DNA from: Podarcis tiliguerta
Taxonomy: Eukaryota
NCBI GenBank assembly: GCA_965153285.1
Contig: OZ229113.1
Strand: one strand, 5' to 3'
DNA length: 64,000 bases
In this document: piece by piece, positions 11,167 to 23,435 of the stretch
Position numbering within the stretch: position 1 is the first letter of the stretch
Layout: each line of letters opens with the position of its first letter
The notes under the pieces: generated by a model
Seen by the model: the letters and a program-made list of their open reading frames with translations, nothing else
Database searches by the model: none
Told to the model about the DNA's origin: nothing
Made by a program: the position numbers and the translations under genes

Positions 11167-14134
11167 AACCATCTTGGCAGGATGGGACAGAGCCATGGAG
11201 ATGGCGTGCAGAATGCCTTGGACTTCAATGCTACACTGTTGTGAGGAACAAGTGCTTCTTGAGATGGAATGCTGCATACTCTCTCCAAAGTTGAACCCAG
11301 GTGTAAATATATGTACAACACACTTTATTTCTTAGATGAACTAGCCTCCGCTGTACCTTGATTTCCCAACGGAAACACAACCCTGGGTGAGTGTCTGCAA
11401 CCCCTGGAATCTTATGCAGAGATTGGGGTGGTATGCAACACTACTCAGGGCAACCTTAATACCCATCAGGGATATCAGAGGAAAGAGCTAACAGCGTGTC
11501 TCACATAACAGTTTTCTCTTCCCTTACAGTACAGGCCACATTTTTAAACAACATTAAAATGTAACTAAATCACTACTTCTAGGCTGCATTTCTACCTAAG
11601 AATTAGGTTGTCAGGAATGAAATAAAGAACCCAATGTGTTTGTTGTCCTTCCTTGGGATGTAGGCATACATAATCTCAAGACAAGTGAGATCCAATTTTG
11701 GCGGCCTTCTTCAGCAATAGAAACCTGCTTTTGCAACAACACTTCTGGTTTGTCTTTTCATCCCTCTGGTTTGCCTTTTCTATCCCATGAAAGCTTCTCT
11801 AGAGAGTTGGGTATCGTCCTAACCAATGTGGGATGGGGATGGGCTTCGAAGAGACTGCCGGGGGAGGGAAGAATCTAGGTCTGGAAACCAGACTTAGATC
11901 CTAAGGTAAGTTTAGTTCACAGAAGGGAAGTTCTCCATCCCCTCCAACCTGCCACCGACCTCTAGTGACCCCCACCGACTTTGTTCAAAAGGGCCTCCTG
12001 AACCTCTGGAGGGGTTGAAGGTGGCTGCAGGTGGGAAACTTCTCTTTCAAAACTTATTGAAGTTAGCTTATCCTAGGATCCAAGCTTATATGTTAATCAC
12101 AGGACGCTTTCAAAATTGGTGCTTTGTGAGCGGAATCACATCATATGCACATTTAATTTGCACAAATTCACTTATAGGCGCTTGGCTGCAGCTCCTGCAG
12201 AATAGGCTACCACGATCCCATCCACAACTGAAAGGACTCGTTTTGGCTTTTCGGTATCTCTCTGCCTTCCTTTCTCGTTGCCTCCTGCCTCCTTCCGTCT
12301 CTTCCTTCCACAGTTGCTAGTTGCTGGCACGCATATGGAGAAGTGGGGGAAGGTGGCAGAGACACGGAAAAGGCCTCCCCAGGAGGCTCCCCTCCCCTCC
12401 CCACAGCCAGCAACCAACACAGAGAAGTTGGGAAGGCCCCCACTCCCTCCTCCACCAATCCAGATCCTACTCAAGGAAGGTGCATGAACTGAGGGAGGAG
12501 TTGCGAAGAAGTGGCAGCACCTTGCAACCAGACTGGGAAGGGGGTGATTTATGGTAATTTTGGCTATACACAATTTTTGCAATTCAAAATATGCAGTGGA
12601 TAGTCTTTTTCACTGCTTCTTCCTCATTTATTTTATTATGTTCCTATAAGAGCAAAATTTCCATCAAATGCAGCTGCAACGTGAAAGTTATTCTTACTTT
12701 GATTGCTGTGCCCTGTAGAGACATGCTGCTGGGAGTCCTGAAAGAGCAAAGAGACGAATCGGTTATACTAATCGATAAATTAAAAACATAAAGCAGTGCA
12801 ATGAACATGCTTTGTATTAACAATAGCAAACACAGTTTGTTGTAAATCTCAATGCTTAGCTCAACTTATGGAAGCCCCCAGGTTCCTGTATACGTATTGG
12901 GATGACTTGTGACACTGCTTCAGCCACTCTGGCAGGAAGATGGGGAAAGGAAAGGCACATCTTTGTAAACCTCTGGCTACTTCTGGAGCCCTTTACCACC
13001 CGCACCCTCTTCCAAGTGGGCTAGGAGGCAACCAGGAGGAAATCTCCTCTCTCTGACCCGCTGTTCAGAACTATTCAGTCAGGCTGCTAAGAGACAGGTG
13101 TGGCAAAAGGAGAGCAGCTGATGTAAAAATGGAAGCATCCAAGATCCAATACAGTTCAAACGCAGCCACAGATCCCTGCCTGTTACCTTTCCCCTTCTCC
13201 AGACAGTGAAAGGAAGTTACACAACATAGCACATGCTTATACAGACAATATTTGCAGCAATGGAGACAGTAAGATGTGTGCAATGGCAAGTAAGCTGGGT
13301 GGCAAGTGAGGGAGTGCTCAGTGCCATTACTGGTGGGCATCACATGGTAGAGATGCTTAGCCAGTCAGCATTGTGCAGACATTCAGCCATTGGCACGGCA
13401 GTAGTACTTGGCATGGGCAATGATGTCAACAGATTTCACTGGCTGCTGCTGCACATTTTCACACAGTGCTAGCCTAGCAACCTCTATGCCACTGGGGAAG
13501 CCTTATACCATGCCTAGTAAGGCCATTGTCGCTGCCCAGGCATTGCTCAGTGTCTGCAGGTTCTTCACAGCACTTTAGTGGCCGCCAGAGAATCTTTATA
13601 AACAATTCAAATAATATATCAACAGTTTATAATTTTAATAGCTTAATTTATAATCTTCCATTAACTTCCTCATTAATTCCCTCAGCACAATTAATCTCCA
13701 ATCTAATCTTAAACAATTTAAAATATGAAATCACTACAAATTAATTGTAAACAATTAATCTCTTTATAACCCATGGCTATCCAATTAATGATATCTTTAA
13801 TCACCAACATAACCCCTCAGGGGGAAAAAACCAATAATCAAAACCAATAAATTTATTCAGTTAATCCACAATGCTCACTAAAAACAATGAATTATCTCTT
13901 GCTGAATAATCTATCTGTTCACCTAGTTAGAGCAGTTATACAATGCAATACATCGACACAAGCTTGTATTCAGTGTAGCACCAAGCAGATCATTTCATCA
14001 AAACATTAAGCACTTGTTTAATTTCAGTTGGTAACTGATTCCAGGGGACTGGCACCACAACACTAAAAGACCAGTTCCTCTTGCATACAAAGCAGCACCT
14101 CTATTAAGGATAGTATTTTCTGAAAATGGGGCAT

Positions 14135-14420
14135 TGTCATGGTTAGATGCAGAAGAGCGGTGGGAGACACCAGCTGGGGAACACCCAAGGGGAAGAAGAC
14201 TCAGAGCCAGGGAAGTGGTGATGGGATGATGGTGAGTGGTCTGAGGGAGAAGAAGGAGCAGACTCGGAGGAGATGGTGTCGGAAGCTTAAGAGGTAACTG
14301 TTTACTGAGCAGGAAGAGACTGTGGCAGAGGGCAGTTCAGACTCCGAGGCTGAAGTGGAAGGTGGCCAAGAGGCAGAGTGGGATAAAGCAGTTACTTGGA
14401 TCTCCTGAATCCCTAACTAT
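14135..14420 (+). mobile_element. LTR fragment (Gypsy-like)
   Basis: Starts TGTCATGG followed by a purine-rich GC-rich block of lacertid LTR type; 3' end not found. Confidence 0.45.
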
Positions 14421-14759
14421 TTAAAACTTGAATCCAGAAACAAAGCACACACAGATTGATTAACATTAGAGTGATCAGTTTGGGCAGCACTATTCTGTAC
14501 CAGCTAAACTTTCCAAACACCAAGGGCATCCTGAATTAGAGCACTTTACTATAAATGAAGTCTGGAGATAGAATGAAAACGACAGACGTCTAAGCAAGTG
14601 AGGAAAGAGCACAGCTAGAGAACCTGGTAAACAGCAATCCTTGTCTTCCCTGCTACCTGATCCTCCAAAATAAGTGCTGGGTCAAGGAGCCTGATCTTTC
14701 AGGGGAAGTGTAATCCTGCACACAGGGTATGCAAAGTTTCAGAACAGGCCATAAATCCT

Positions 14760-15150
14760 TATCTGGATTAGCTTTAAGTTGTTGTTTTTTTCCACTCATT
14801 CAACCTTGTTTAGCTGACAAGCAATAGGTCAGGTGTTTTCACTCCCTCCCTAAGTTTAGAGACTGAACTGTGTGTCATCAGCAAACTGATGACATCAGCT
14901 CCAGCAATCTATTATGTTGAAAATGTTGAGGATAATACAGAATCCTACAGGGTCTCATATGCCAAAGACCAAGGACTTGTGTAATGTTCTCTCAGCGCTA
15001 CCTAGGATTTACCCTCCAGAATCAAATGAACCCACCTAAAAATGAGCACCACCACCCAACACACACCCATTCCTGTTAGGTGATGTAGACAGATGTCATG
15101 GTCAATGGAATAAAATGGTGTGAATCAATGGTCACACTCAGCTCCTCCCT
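14760..15150 (-). mobile_element. L2 LINE RT remnant
   Basis: Minus strand 14865-14895 reads CHQFADDTQ (YADD-equivalent); ATTGACCATGAC (IDHD) remnant upstream. Confidence 0.6.
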
Positions 15151-15231
15151 TCATCTCTTTGCAGATGCCATCAAGTAGGGCATGTATTCTAAATTTTTAT
15201 CTGCTGTTTTTCCTCTTACAGATGTATCATA

Positions 15232-15473
15232 CAGTGGTACCTCGGGTTAAGTACTTAATTTGTTCCGGAGGGCCGTTCTTAACCTGAAACTGTTCTTAAC
15301 CAGAAGCACTACTTTAGCTAATGGGGCCTCCTGCTGCTGCCGCGCCGCCAGAGCACAATTTCTGTTCTCATCCTGAAGCAAAGTTCTTAACCCGAGGTAC
15401 AATTTCTGGGTTAGCGGAGTCTGTAACCTAAAGCGTATGTAACTTGAAGCGTATGTAACCCGAGGTACCACTG
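15232..15473. mobile_element. Tc1/mariner (Tigger/pogo-like) MITE
   Basis: TIRs CAGTGGTACCTCGGGTTA / TAACCCGAGGTACCACTG; TA on both flanks. Confidence 0.92.
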
Positions 15474-15848
15474 TATTTAGTTTTTATTCACAAGAGGGGG
15501 AAAGATTATATAAGAATACACCAAATAATAACATACCTACAGTGAATAGAACTGCCCACAACTGCCTAGGAAAGCCATAATAATTGTCATCATTTACAAA
15601 TAGCTTAAAGTTCTCTAGGTGCTGTTCCAAGATTGGAACACAGAACCATCTTTGTCTGCAGGCTTACATTCTAATAGACAAACAAAAGGAAGAGAGGATG
15701 GGGGAACAAAAAAAGAAGCAAATTCAGGAACTAATTGTTTTTGTAGTTACATAAATGTTTATTTCTGAGATGCAATTGTTACAGGGTGGGGGCAGTTCAG
15801 GAAGAGGAGAAGCCAAATGGTAGTTTGTCCCAACCAATGAACAAAGTA

Positions 15849-16107
15849 CCGTATTTTTCGCTCTATAAGACACACCAGACCACAAGACGCACCTAGTTTT
15901 TGGAGGAGGAAAACAAGAAAAAAAATATTCTGGATCTCAGAAGCCAGAACAGCAAGAGGGATTGCTGCGCAGTGAAAGCAGCAATCCCTCTTGCTGTTCT
16001 GGCTTCTGGGATAGCTGCGCAGCCTGCATTTGCTCCATAAGACGCACACACATTTCCCCTTACTTTTTAGGAGGGAAAAAGTGAGACTTATAGAGCAAAA
16101 AATACGG
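15849..16107. mobile_element. Tc2/pogo-like MITE with internal hairpin
   Basis: TIRs CCGTATTTTTCGCTCTATAAG / CTTATAGAGCAAAAAATACGG; TA TSD; 31-bp internal inverted repeat. Confidence 0.9.
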
Positions 16108-17086
16108 TAGGTTCTGTTGCCCCACCTCTCCTGCTGCTGCAGCTAGGAAGGGATAACATAAACATCAACCCAAAGTTATGCAAGTTCGAATACAGTCTTA
16201 AACGATGCCGTGGAACTTCATATTAGTCTCCAGCAGACCAGCAAATACATGTACTTAGCAAAAGTGATGTGTAATTACGCCACACTTGAAACTGTTTTGA
16301 TGTTTTTATGAAACATCTTCATCATTTTGGCAAAACATTGTGCTAAGTCTTCCAAGTATGTCAGCTCAAATTTCTTTTGAATAATTCAAAGCAATTATGA
16401 GACTTTTAAAGAGTAGATATGTGATAAAAGTGTGTAATGTTTTATATTTGCAAGCGTCTTGCTGATTCTGAGAATGCATTGCTGTGTATTATTTATGGTC
16501 TCCTAATCTTCAGAGTACTCCTTCAGCACCTGAAAATGGCATTTCACTTAAGTATAAACAATGGCAAGTACCACTTTCATAGGCAGTTTCACTGTTCTTC
16601 TGGAATATTTCAAACAAAATAAACTGCAACAATAAAGCTAATTAGCATAAATATGTGTGGTTTTAACAGAGAATAAGGATTAACGGCTTTCTAAATGACA
16701 TGCATTCTAAATTATGAGCTATTTCAAGTAAACTTGTCATTGTTGGTTGGCTGAGTCACAGAATAAGCAAGATATATTAAATTCTGCCTCCTCTTCAGAG
16801 CAGAATATATTTAATATATTTTTGTTAGAATTATAGCAAACCCTATCACTAAATTTGCAAAAGCAGTAACAGTTTCTCACTGTTTACTGTGGTTCACATT
16901 TCACAGATATGAAATTAAGGATGAGATATGGTGATTTGCCCAACACCATATTGTACGTCTAGATTTATGGCATTTGAAATCTATTTGCTATCTGAATATA
17001 GTTTTGTTAGACAGCTGTCAGTAGTTTGATGGTACGTACAACAAGCTAGCCTTTCTATAACAATTTAATCCTATATATTTGGCATT

Positions 17087-17214
17087 CTGGCAATTTTTGG
17101 TCATGCTGGCCACATGACCCGGAAGCTCCCTCGGCCAATAAAGCAAGATGAGTGGCGCAACCCCAGAGTTGGTCACGACTGGACCTAATGGTCAGGGGTC
17201 CCTTTACCTTTACC
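17087..17214 (+). mobile_element. Sauria SINE, 5'-truncated (second subfamily)
   Basis: ...GGACCTAATGGTCAGGGGTCCCTTTACCTTTACC; TSD TATTTGGCATT (17076-17086, 17215-17225). Confidence 0.88.
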
Positions 17215-17817
17215 TATTTGGCATTGACTGAATTGTTACTGGTCCTTTTAACTCATAACACATTGACACCGACAATGGTCAAACCTCTCTAGAGAGTGTA
17301 AACTTTGTTAGGTAGCTGACTTTTCCTAGAAATCTTTGGGATTTTGGCCTTGTTCTTAAGGGAGCTGTTTCAAAAGGAAGAACTGTGAGAGGAGATAGAC
17401 TCTGTGTTGACTTATTTTTTAGTTGCTGCTTTGTTAACAGTGTTTTATATATTGTAATTGTTTCACTGATGAATTGCTAATTATTCCATATGCTTTCTGC
17501 TGTATTGGTGATATTCTATTATGTTCTATTAGGTTATTATTATTTGTTGTTTGCAAGCCACTTTGGGATTCATTTGAATAAAAAGCAGCATAAAAATATA
17601 ATAAATCAAATCCATCAGTCAAATCAAATCTTTCTTCTAGGACTTTGAGCTGTGCTCTCTATTTTAGTTGCATCTAAAGCTGCAGTGTTTCAGCCAAACA
17701 TACATGGAATTGACCTAGTAATTCAAGGAAAAATGGTTTCATGAACCAAAACAACTTTTTTTCATCAAATTATTTCAATGATTCATTAGCATGCGTACTT
17801 GGAAGTAAATAATAATA

Positions 17818-18042
17818 CAGTGTTACCTCGGGTTCCAAACACTTCGGGTTACAGACTCCACTAACCCGGAAGTAGTACCTCGGGTTAAGAACTTTACTCA
17901 GGATGAGAACAGAAATTGCGCACCAGTGGCGCGGCGGCAGTGGGAGGCCCCATTAGCTAAAGTGGTACCTCAGGTTAAGAACTGTTTCAGGTTAAGAACG
18001 GACCTCCGGAATGAATTAAGTTCGTAAGCAGAGGTACCACTG
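17818..18042. mobile_element. Tigger/pogo-like MITE (opposite orientation to the 15232 copy)
   Basis: CAGTGTTACCTCGGG...GAGGTACCACTG; TA flanks; body is the reverse complement of the 15232 copy. Confidence 0.9.
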
Positions 18043-18499
18043 TAATTAACCTATATACTGCTTAATGACAAGATGGCTTCTAAATCATACAAACAGCTTG
18101 CATATTGTTGAAATACAGAATAATTAAACATACAGCATCAACAGATTGAACCATAAAGCAATCTGATTAAAACATTAAAATATATTAAAATATGAATTAA
18201 AACAATCCCATTAAGAGAACACAGTTATTAAAGCAGGAGACTCAGGTTGAGATATCAAGGGAACACTTGTGTAAACAAGTGCATTTTCAGAAGCTGGGAG
18301 AATGCCAATACAGTTGGAGTCTTTCATATTTCAGCAGGAACTGCACTGCACAACAGCAGTGCCACCAACACTAAGAAAGTTCCATTTCTTGATCTTAATG
18401 CCCTTACTGGGCAATAATTAGCATTGAACTCAGTGGGCCTTAGTTCTGAATAGATGTGATGAAGACTGCACTGCTAATCCCTGATATTCTCTCTCAAAA

Positions 18500-19460
18500 A
18501 GATGGCATGTGGTACCTGTTAAATCCTTTGGGTCTGCTATCAAATAAATCCTCTCCGAGTTTTCATAAGCCATTCTTTTTTATGACATCCATATCGTCAA
18601 GATTTCCCTACCATTTCAGGTTTAACAAAAGGTTGGCATATACATTGTGAAAGTCTATTTTCAACAAGCTGGCTTCAGTAACTCAGAAGGGTATTTAACA
18701 GTTGCCTACTAAATAAAATTTGCTACAGGAAGAACAATCCATTTATCCTGTAAAAGTGTGTTTTTCTGTAGATATTCAGGTGCTATCCCCTATAAGGGTG
18801 GCCCTCAGAGTAAATGAAACAGCCCCACTTTTATAGTGGCAACTATTCTGAATTTCCCAAAATTCAAAAAGCATCTTAGACCATAGCTTCCAAGCGAGGT
18901 GGGGACATTGGCCCCTCTGATTCTCTTCCACCCAAAATAATTTTACCAGAATTTCACTACTGAAAATAGCAGAAACAAAACAGATGATTTCTTAAGTGGA
19001 TGAAATAGCTAGAAAGTGCTCCTCGTCAATTTGGTTTTGACGTTCTTTGGGTAAGAAATATCCTGGTATTTTATTTCTGAAATGTCAGGTGTGCATTTTT
19101 CTCTATTCATTTTCAGGTTCCTCCCTCTGTCTAGGAACTCCTTCTAGGAACATTTCTAGCCAAACGTTATGTTATTGCCTGACCTTTCCTCATGGGAAAA
19201 TATCCTCCCTAAAATGTCTGCCTTGAGTCACCTTGTGGTATAGCTCTGAAGCGAAACTGATTTTTTAAAAGTCTGAATCTGTCAAAGGTGTGTTGAATGT
19301 ACACTGCCTAGCATTCACGTCATCCGGAAGGATTTTCCCCAAATTCACTACTGGCATAGATGAAATAGTTCTGGAAACTGTATGGTGATTTATTTGACAG
19401 TAGGCGTGCTCTCTTAGAACTGCTTCTTTTAAGTGCTGGTCCAAAGTATTGGCCCAGCGA
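18500..19460 (-). pseudogene. decayed Ty3/Gypsy pol: RT core and integrase remnants
   Basis: Minus-strand peptides in canonical order: DQHLKEAVLREH (about 19406-19441), QCTFNTP..RFRLL..ASELYHK (about 19240-19306), KC..ISEIKY (about 19070-19098), AWKLWSKMLFEF (about 18850-18900), QILFSRQL (about 18700-18725); many stops and frameshifts. Confidence 0.72.
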
Positions 19461-19687
19461 TTTTCAGAAATTATATTAGTGGAAACATTTGCTGAAGAGT
19501 AGGTGAATTTTCAAACATGGAGCAGAGAATGGGCGTCGGCGGTAAACTTACCTTTAATGCTGAGATGGCCCAGGGTTTTCCATTTCTTCTACTTTTACAA
19601 GGAAAAAAAATGTTGCAGCCACTTCAAGCTGCAGCCATGCTGTCCTTGGGAGCTCAGTAGTAGTCCCTTCTAATCTGAGACAGCATA

Positions 19688-20039
19688 GGTAAAGGTAAAG
19701 GGACCCCTGACCATTAGGTCCAGTAGTGACTGACTCTGGGATTGTGGCGCTCATCTCGCTTTATTGGCCGAGGGAGCCAGCGTACAGCTTCCGGGTCATG
19801 TGGCCAGCATGACTAAGCTGCTTCTGGCGAACCAGAGAAGCATGGAAACACTGCTTACCTTCCCGCCAGAGCGGTACTTATTTATCTACTTGCGCTTTGA
19901 CATGCTTTCGAAGTGCTAGGTTGGCAGGAGCAGGGACCGAGCAACGGGAGCTCACCCCATCGCAGGGATTTGAACCGCTGACCTTCTGATCGGCAAGTCC
20001 TAGGCTCTGTGGTTTAACCCACAGCGCCACCCGCGTCCC
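19688..20039 (-). mobile_element. Sauria SINE, full length
   Basis: GGGACGCGGGTGGCGCTGTGGG head on minus strand, ACCTTT tail, 13-bp TSD CTGAGACAGCATA. Confidence 0.95.
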
Positions 20040-20434
20040 CTGAGACAGCATATCCTATGACAATAACACTATCTCCATGATGTAGCTCCATTCCCTGGGG
20101 CATTATTGGGATTGGGCAGCCAGCTTTTATCCCTAAGGTGCAACATCATTCCCACTGGGAATTTTGTCCCCAATTAGAAGGGAATACTGCTGGGCTGCTG
20201 AGGGCAGCCTAATCACCACTGGAAGAGGTGGTGAAGCTTTCTGAAAGAAGGAATAATTTGTGGTAAGCACACCCAACCTGGAATTTATGAAAATCTGCAT
20301 GGTCTACCAAAAGTCTCTAATACCCTCCCCCACCTTCACAGGACAACTAATGGCCCTGTGAAAGTGGTAGTTGGAGCGGGTGGGTTATTCACTCTTTGAC
20401 CACCAGAACCCAATGGGGCAGCAATGAGGGATGG

Positions 20435-20912
20435 CGTAATGCCTCAGAGTTCTGTGATGAGGAAGGGCAGATTGGCAATTGCATTAGAGTCAATGGTGCG
20501 AGTGGGTGTACATATACTATTCTTTACCATTTTAAATGAGTCATAGCATTAACTAACTAGCAAATATACAGGAAAAAGACAAATAAGCCCTAACCCACGG
20601 TTAGTTACAAGCACAGTGCCGTCAGCATGGTGAAAGTCACTTTCACAGTTCCTTGGGCTGCTGCGTTTTGCTATTCCTCACCAGCTGAGGGCTGTTCTTT
20701 CTGTCCCTTCCTTTTCCTTTTTACACTTGGTTTTTCCACTCCGGTGCTTGCCTTTGTCTTTCTTCTCAGCTGCTCTTCTTCACTCCCGGTTCCTCCTACA
20801 ATTCTCCTCCAAACATTTTTACAATTGACCTCTCTCCATCTCCCTCCATTCTCTGTGTTGATACTCTTTTTTCCCAGTTGACATTCCAAAGACCTTAGGC
20901 TTGGGTATTACA
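20435..20912 (-). mobile_element. possible LTR-like insertion
   Basis: Minus strand starts TGTAATACCCAAG and ends GGCATTACG; purine-rich body; no TSD found. Confidence 0.3.
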
Positions 20913-20989
20913 TTCACAGGTGTCTGTGTGGATTCTGGTGTGACGTTGGGGCCACAGCAACTGGCAGATGATACAGCTTGCTGACACAA

Positions 20990-21390
20990 GGCTCGTTTTC
21001 ATCTTGACTATCACCTTACGTTTTTCCATGCAATCCAGTTGCTTTTGAACTTTGTCACTAAAAGCCACTGGGACATTCCAAGATGGAAGTATGAAGCATG
21101 GGCGATACCTGTAGGGCTTTCCTTTAATGGAATATTTTCTTTATAAGCAAGAAACTCCCGGAGGCACAACTTTGTAATATGTATGAGCATCCCACTGATC
21201 CTATTTCTTTTACATCATTACTCCTTGTAGCAAATTTAAATTAATCCTGGCTCTTAGATTCAATACGGCCTGACATCAAAACCTACTAACTGAAATTCCA
21301 ATTCAGCGCCCTCATAATTTCAATTACATTTATCAAACATTTGCAGTCCTTCCTGGGAAACTGCCTCCATATTTGCCTTTTAGTTGCTCA
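20990..21390 (-). pseudogene. decayed Ty3/Gypsy pol: post-protease linker and RT N-terminus
   Basis: Minus-strand LEFQLVGFDVR/VLNLRARINLNLL then WNVPVAFSDKVQKQLDCMEKRKVIVK, matching Gypsy RxVPxAxRDKVxxELDRMExxGVIxK. Confidence 0.7.
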
Positions 21391-21770
21391 TGTGAGTTGG
21401 CATGGCTTTTGACCCAATGCAGACAATGCCTGACAGTTGACAGAGGTTGAGGGATGCTGTGGTGTTCAGCATGGGGTAGCCAGACCTTGCCCAGCCAGAT
21501 GTTCGAAGGTAGAAGACATGATACACCTTTATTTTCTTTTTTACTGGAACGCCCTTTGTATTTAGATCTGAACATCCACTATTTCAAGCCCCTTATTGTT
21601 GGGATTAGAAATAACTCTCCTTTAAGTAAAATAAGATTCATATTGGCTATTCATATTATGTGATGTACAAAAGCTGCCAGAATTGTTAAATTGCCTTTAT
21701 GGAACTTGTTTACAGTTTTACATGATATCTATAAGTATATGTCAAAGAGTTTCTGTAGTAGCATCATTTT

Positions 21771-23395
21771 TACAGAATAAAACTTTATTTGCATAGCCAA
21801 CAGGCCATAGCATCAAAGGACAAACACCAACAGAAGTACATTACAAATATAATTAAAATCTTGTGACCTATTAAAACCCTAGGTAAATTAATAATCTCAG
21901 TACTTAAAACTTGGCAGTAATAAAATAATAGTAATAAAATAATAGTAATAAAACATAATGATAATAATCATGAAAACCCAGGCGAGGAATCCGGGTGACC
22001 ACGCTGATATCATTCAGATACCAGCTCTCAATCTCATTGCTCTCTCGATAAAATTGGCAACCTTCTCTGTTGTCAAGCTGTTCTGATCGGCTAGAAGTGA
22101 GCACAATTTGGCTTCGCAAGAGCGGCCGGGGATGGCCGATAGGAGCGGCGTGATGGTCTCGTCCCTGAGATCTTTATATAGGGAGCAAGACAAGAGAACG
22201 TGTGACGCCGTCTCTACGTAGCCAGCTCCACAGGGGCAGAGCCGATTCTCAAATGGGATTTTTTGATATCTACCTTCGAGAACGGCTGACGGTAACATAT
22301 TTAGTCTGGCCAGTGTAAAGGCCCGCCTAAGTTTTGGAATGGTTAAGGTAGACAAATAAGGTGCCCGAAAATCAAAATGGGAGGGGGGCAGATAAGCGTA
22401 CCAGGCACTAAATTTCTTAATATAGGCCAGATTATTCTGCTGCTCAATATCCTTCAAGCGCTGTTCGATAATGGTTTTTGCCTTGGGGAGACCCACTTTC
22501 AGGAGATGCTGTGCTTGTAGGCCACATGTAAGTAGTTTTTGATGCACTGCTTTGGACCACCGACTTCTATGAGCGTCTCGTGCTACTAGAGGTAATAGTC
22601 CGGATGGGTTTAAATTTAAACGAAGCCAATAGTTGAATGTTCTTATCCAGGTCCGGGTCTCGACGGAGAGGAGGCCGGTCTCCAGCCGTAGGGCCGCATT
22701 TGGTACGCATGATGGAACGGCTAGAATCTGTCTTAGGAATTTAGACTGGACCGTTTCGAGTGTGCGGCAATGATTTCCTGTCCAGATTTGGGCCCCATAG
22801 AGTAGTTGTGCCAAGGGTTTTGCTTGAAAGACATCCAAAGCTGCTGGGATATGTCTGCCCCCCTTCGTAAAGTAAAAGCGAGACAGTATTTTGACGCTCT
22901 GAGATGCTTTTTCCCTAGCATATTTATGGTGGGCCTCCCAGGCCCCTGTTGACTGGAAAACTACTCCGAGGTATTTGAAAATTTTGACCTGTTCTATTGG
23001 CTGATTGTCCATCTCCCATCTGTGATGTCTGTGTCTCCTAGCGAAGACCATGACTTTAGTTTTTTGGTGATTAACTACCAATTGATCTCTCCTGCAGTAA
23101 GCTGAGAATTCTCTTAGTAGCCTTTTGAGGCCTACTTTAGTTCGTGATAAGAGAACCGCATCGTCCGCATAGAGGAGCACTGAAATTGATTTTTCGGCCA
23201 GTTTGGGGGCATGGAACTCTGGGGATGTTAGGTGTTTGACCATGTCATTGATATATAAGTTAAATAAGGCTGGGGCTAGAATGCAACCCTGCTTGACTCC
23301 TTTGGTGGCTGGTACAGGGCCAATTAGTTGCCCATTTACTGAGGCTCTTACATATAACTTGGAGTCTTTGTATAGGCTTTTTATCAGGAATAGTA
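21771..23395 (-). mobile_element. young 5'-truncated non-LTR retrotransposon, RTE-X type
   Basis: Intact RT ORF; about 240-bp 3'UTR ending in hairpin TGGCCTGTTGGCTA, AATAAA and TATTCTG; ATCATTTT on both flanks (21763-21770, 23396-23403); CpG-rich. Confidence 0.88.
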
Positions 23396-23396
23396 A
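22014..23396 (-). CDS. partial LINE ORF2: RT C-terminal part, thumb and CCHC zinc knuckle (460 codons, no stops; no true start because 5'-truncated)
   Basis: GVKQGCILAPALFNLYIND (in frame upstream of the annotated Met), LLYADD, KTKVM, FKYLG, LLYGAQIW, RLCPCG..VETASHVLLSC.LY. Confidence 0.9.
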   Translation of the reverse strand, partial: LLFLIKSLYKDSKLYVRASVNGQLIGPVPATKGVKQGCILAPALFNLYINDMVKHLTSPEFHAPKLAEKSISVLLYADDAVLLSRTKVGLKRLLREFSAYCRRDQLVVNHQKTKVMVFARRHRHHRWEMDNQPIEQVKIFKYLGVVFQSTGAWEAHHKYAREKASQSVKILSRFYFTKGGRHIPAALDVFQAKPLAQLLYGAQIWTGNHCRTLETVQSKFLRQILAVPSCVPNAALRLETGLLSVETRTWIRTFNYWLRLNLNPSGLLPLVARDAHRSRWSKAVHQKLLTCGLQAQHLLKVGLPKAKTIIEQRLKDIEQQNNLAYIKKFSAWYAYLPPSHFDFRAPYLSTLTIPKLRRAFTLARLNMLPSAVLEGRYQKIPFENRLCPCGAGYVETASHVLLSCSLYKDLRDETITPLLSAIPGRSCEAKLCSLLADQNSLTTEKVANFIERAMRLRAGI

Positions 23397-23435
23397 TCAT
23401 TTTAATTATATTAATGTATAGTATAACATATTTTA

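Noticed and set aside
20671-20889. Lys/Glu-rich ORF with NLS-like KRKRK
   Set aside because: Purine-rich low-complexity sequence within a probable LTR-like insertion; no splice or homology support
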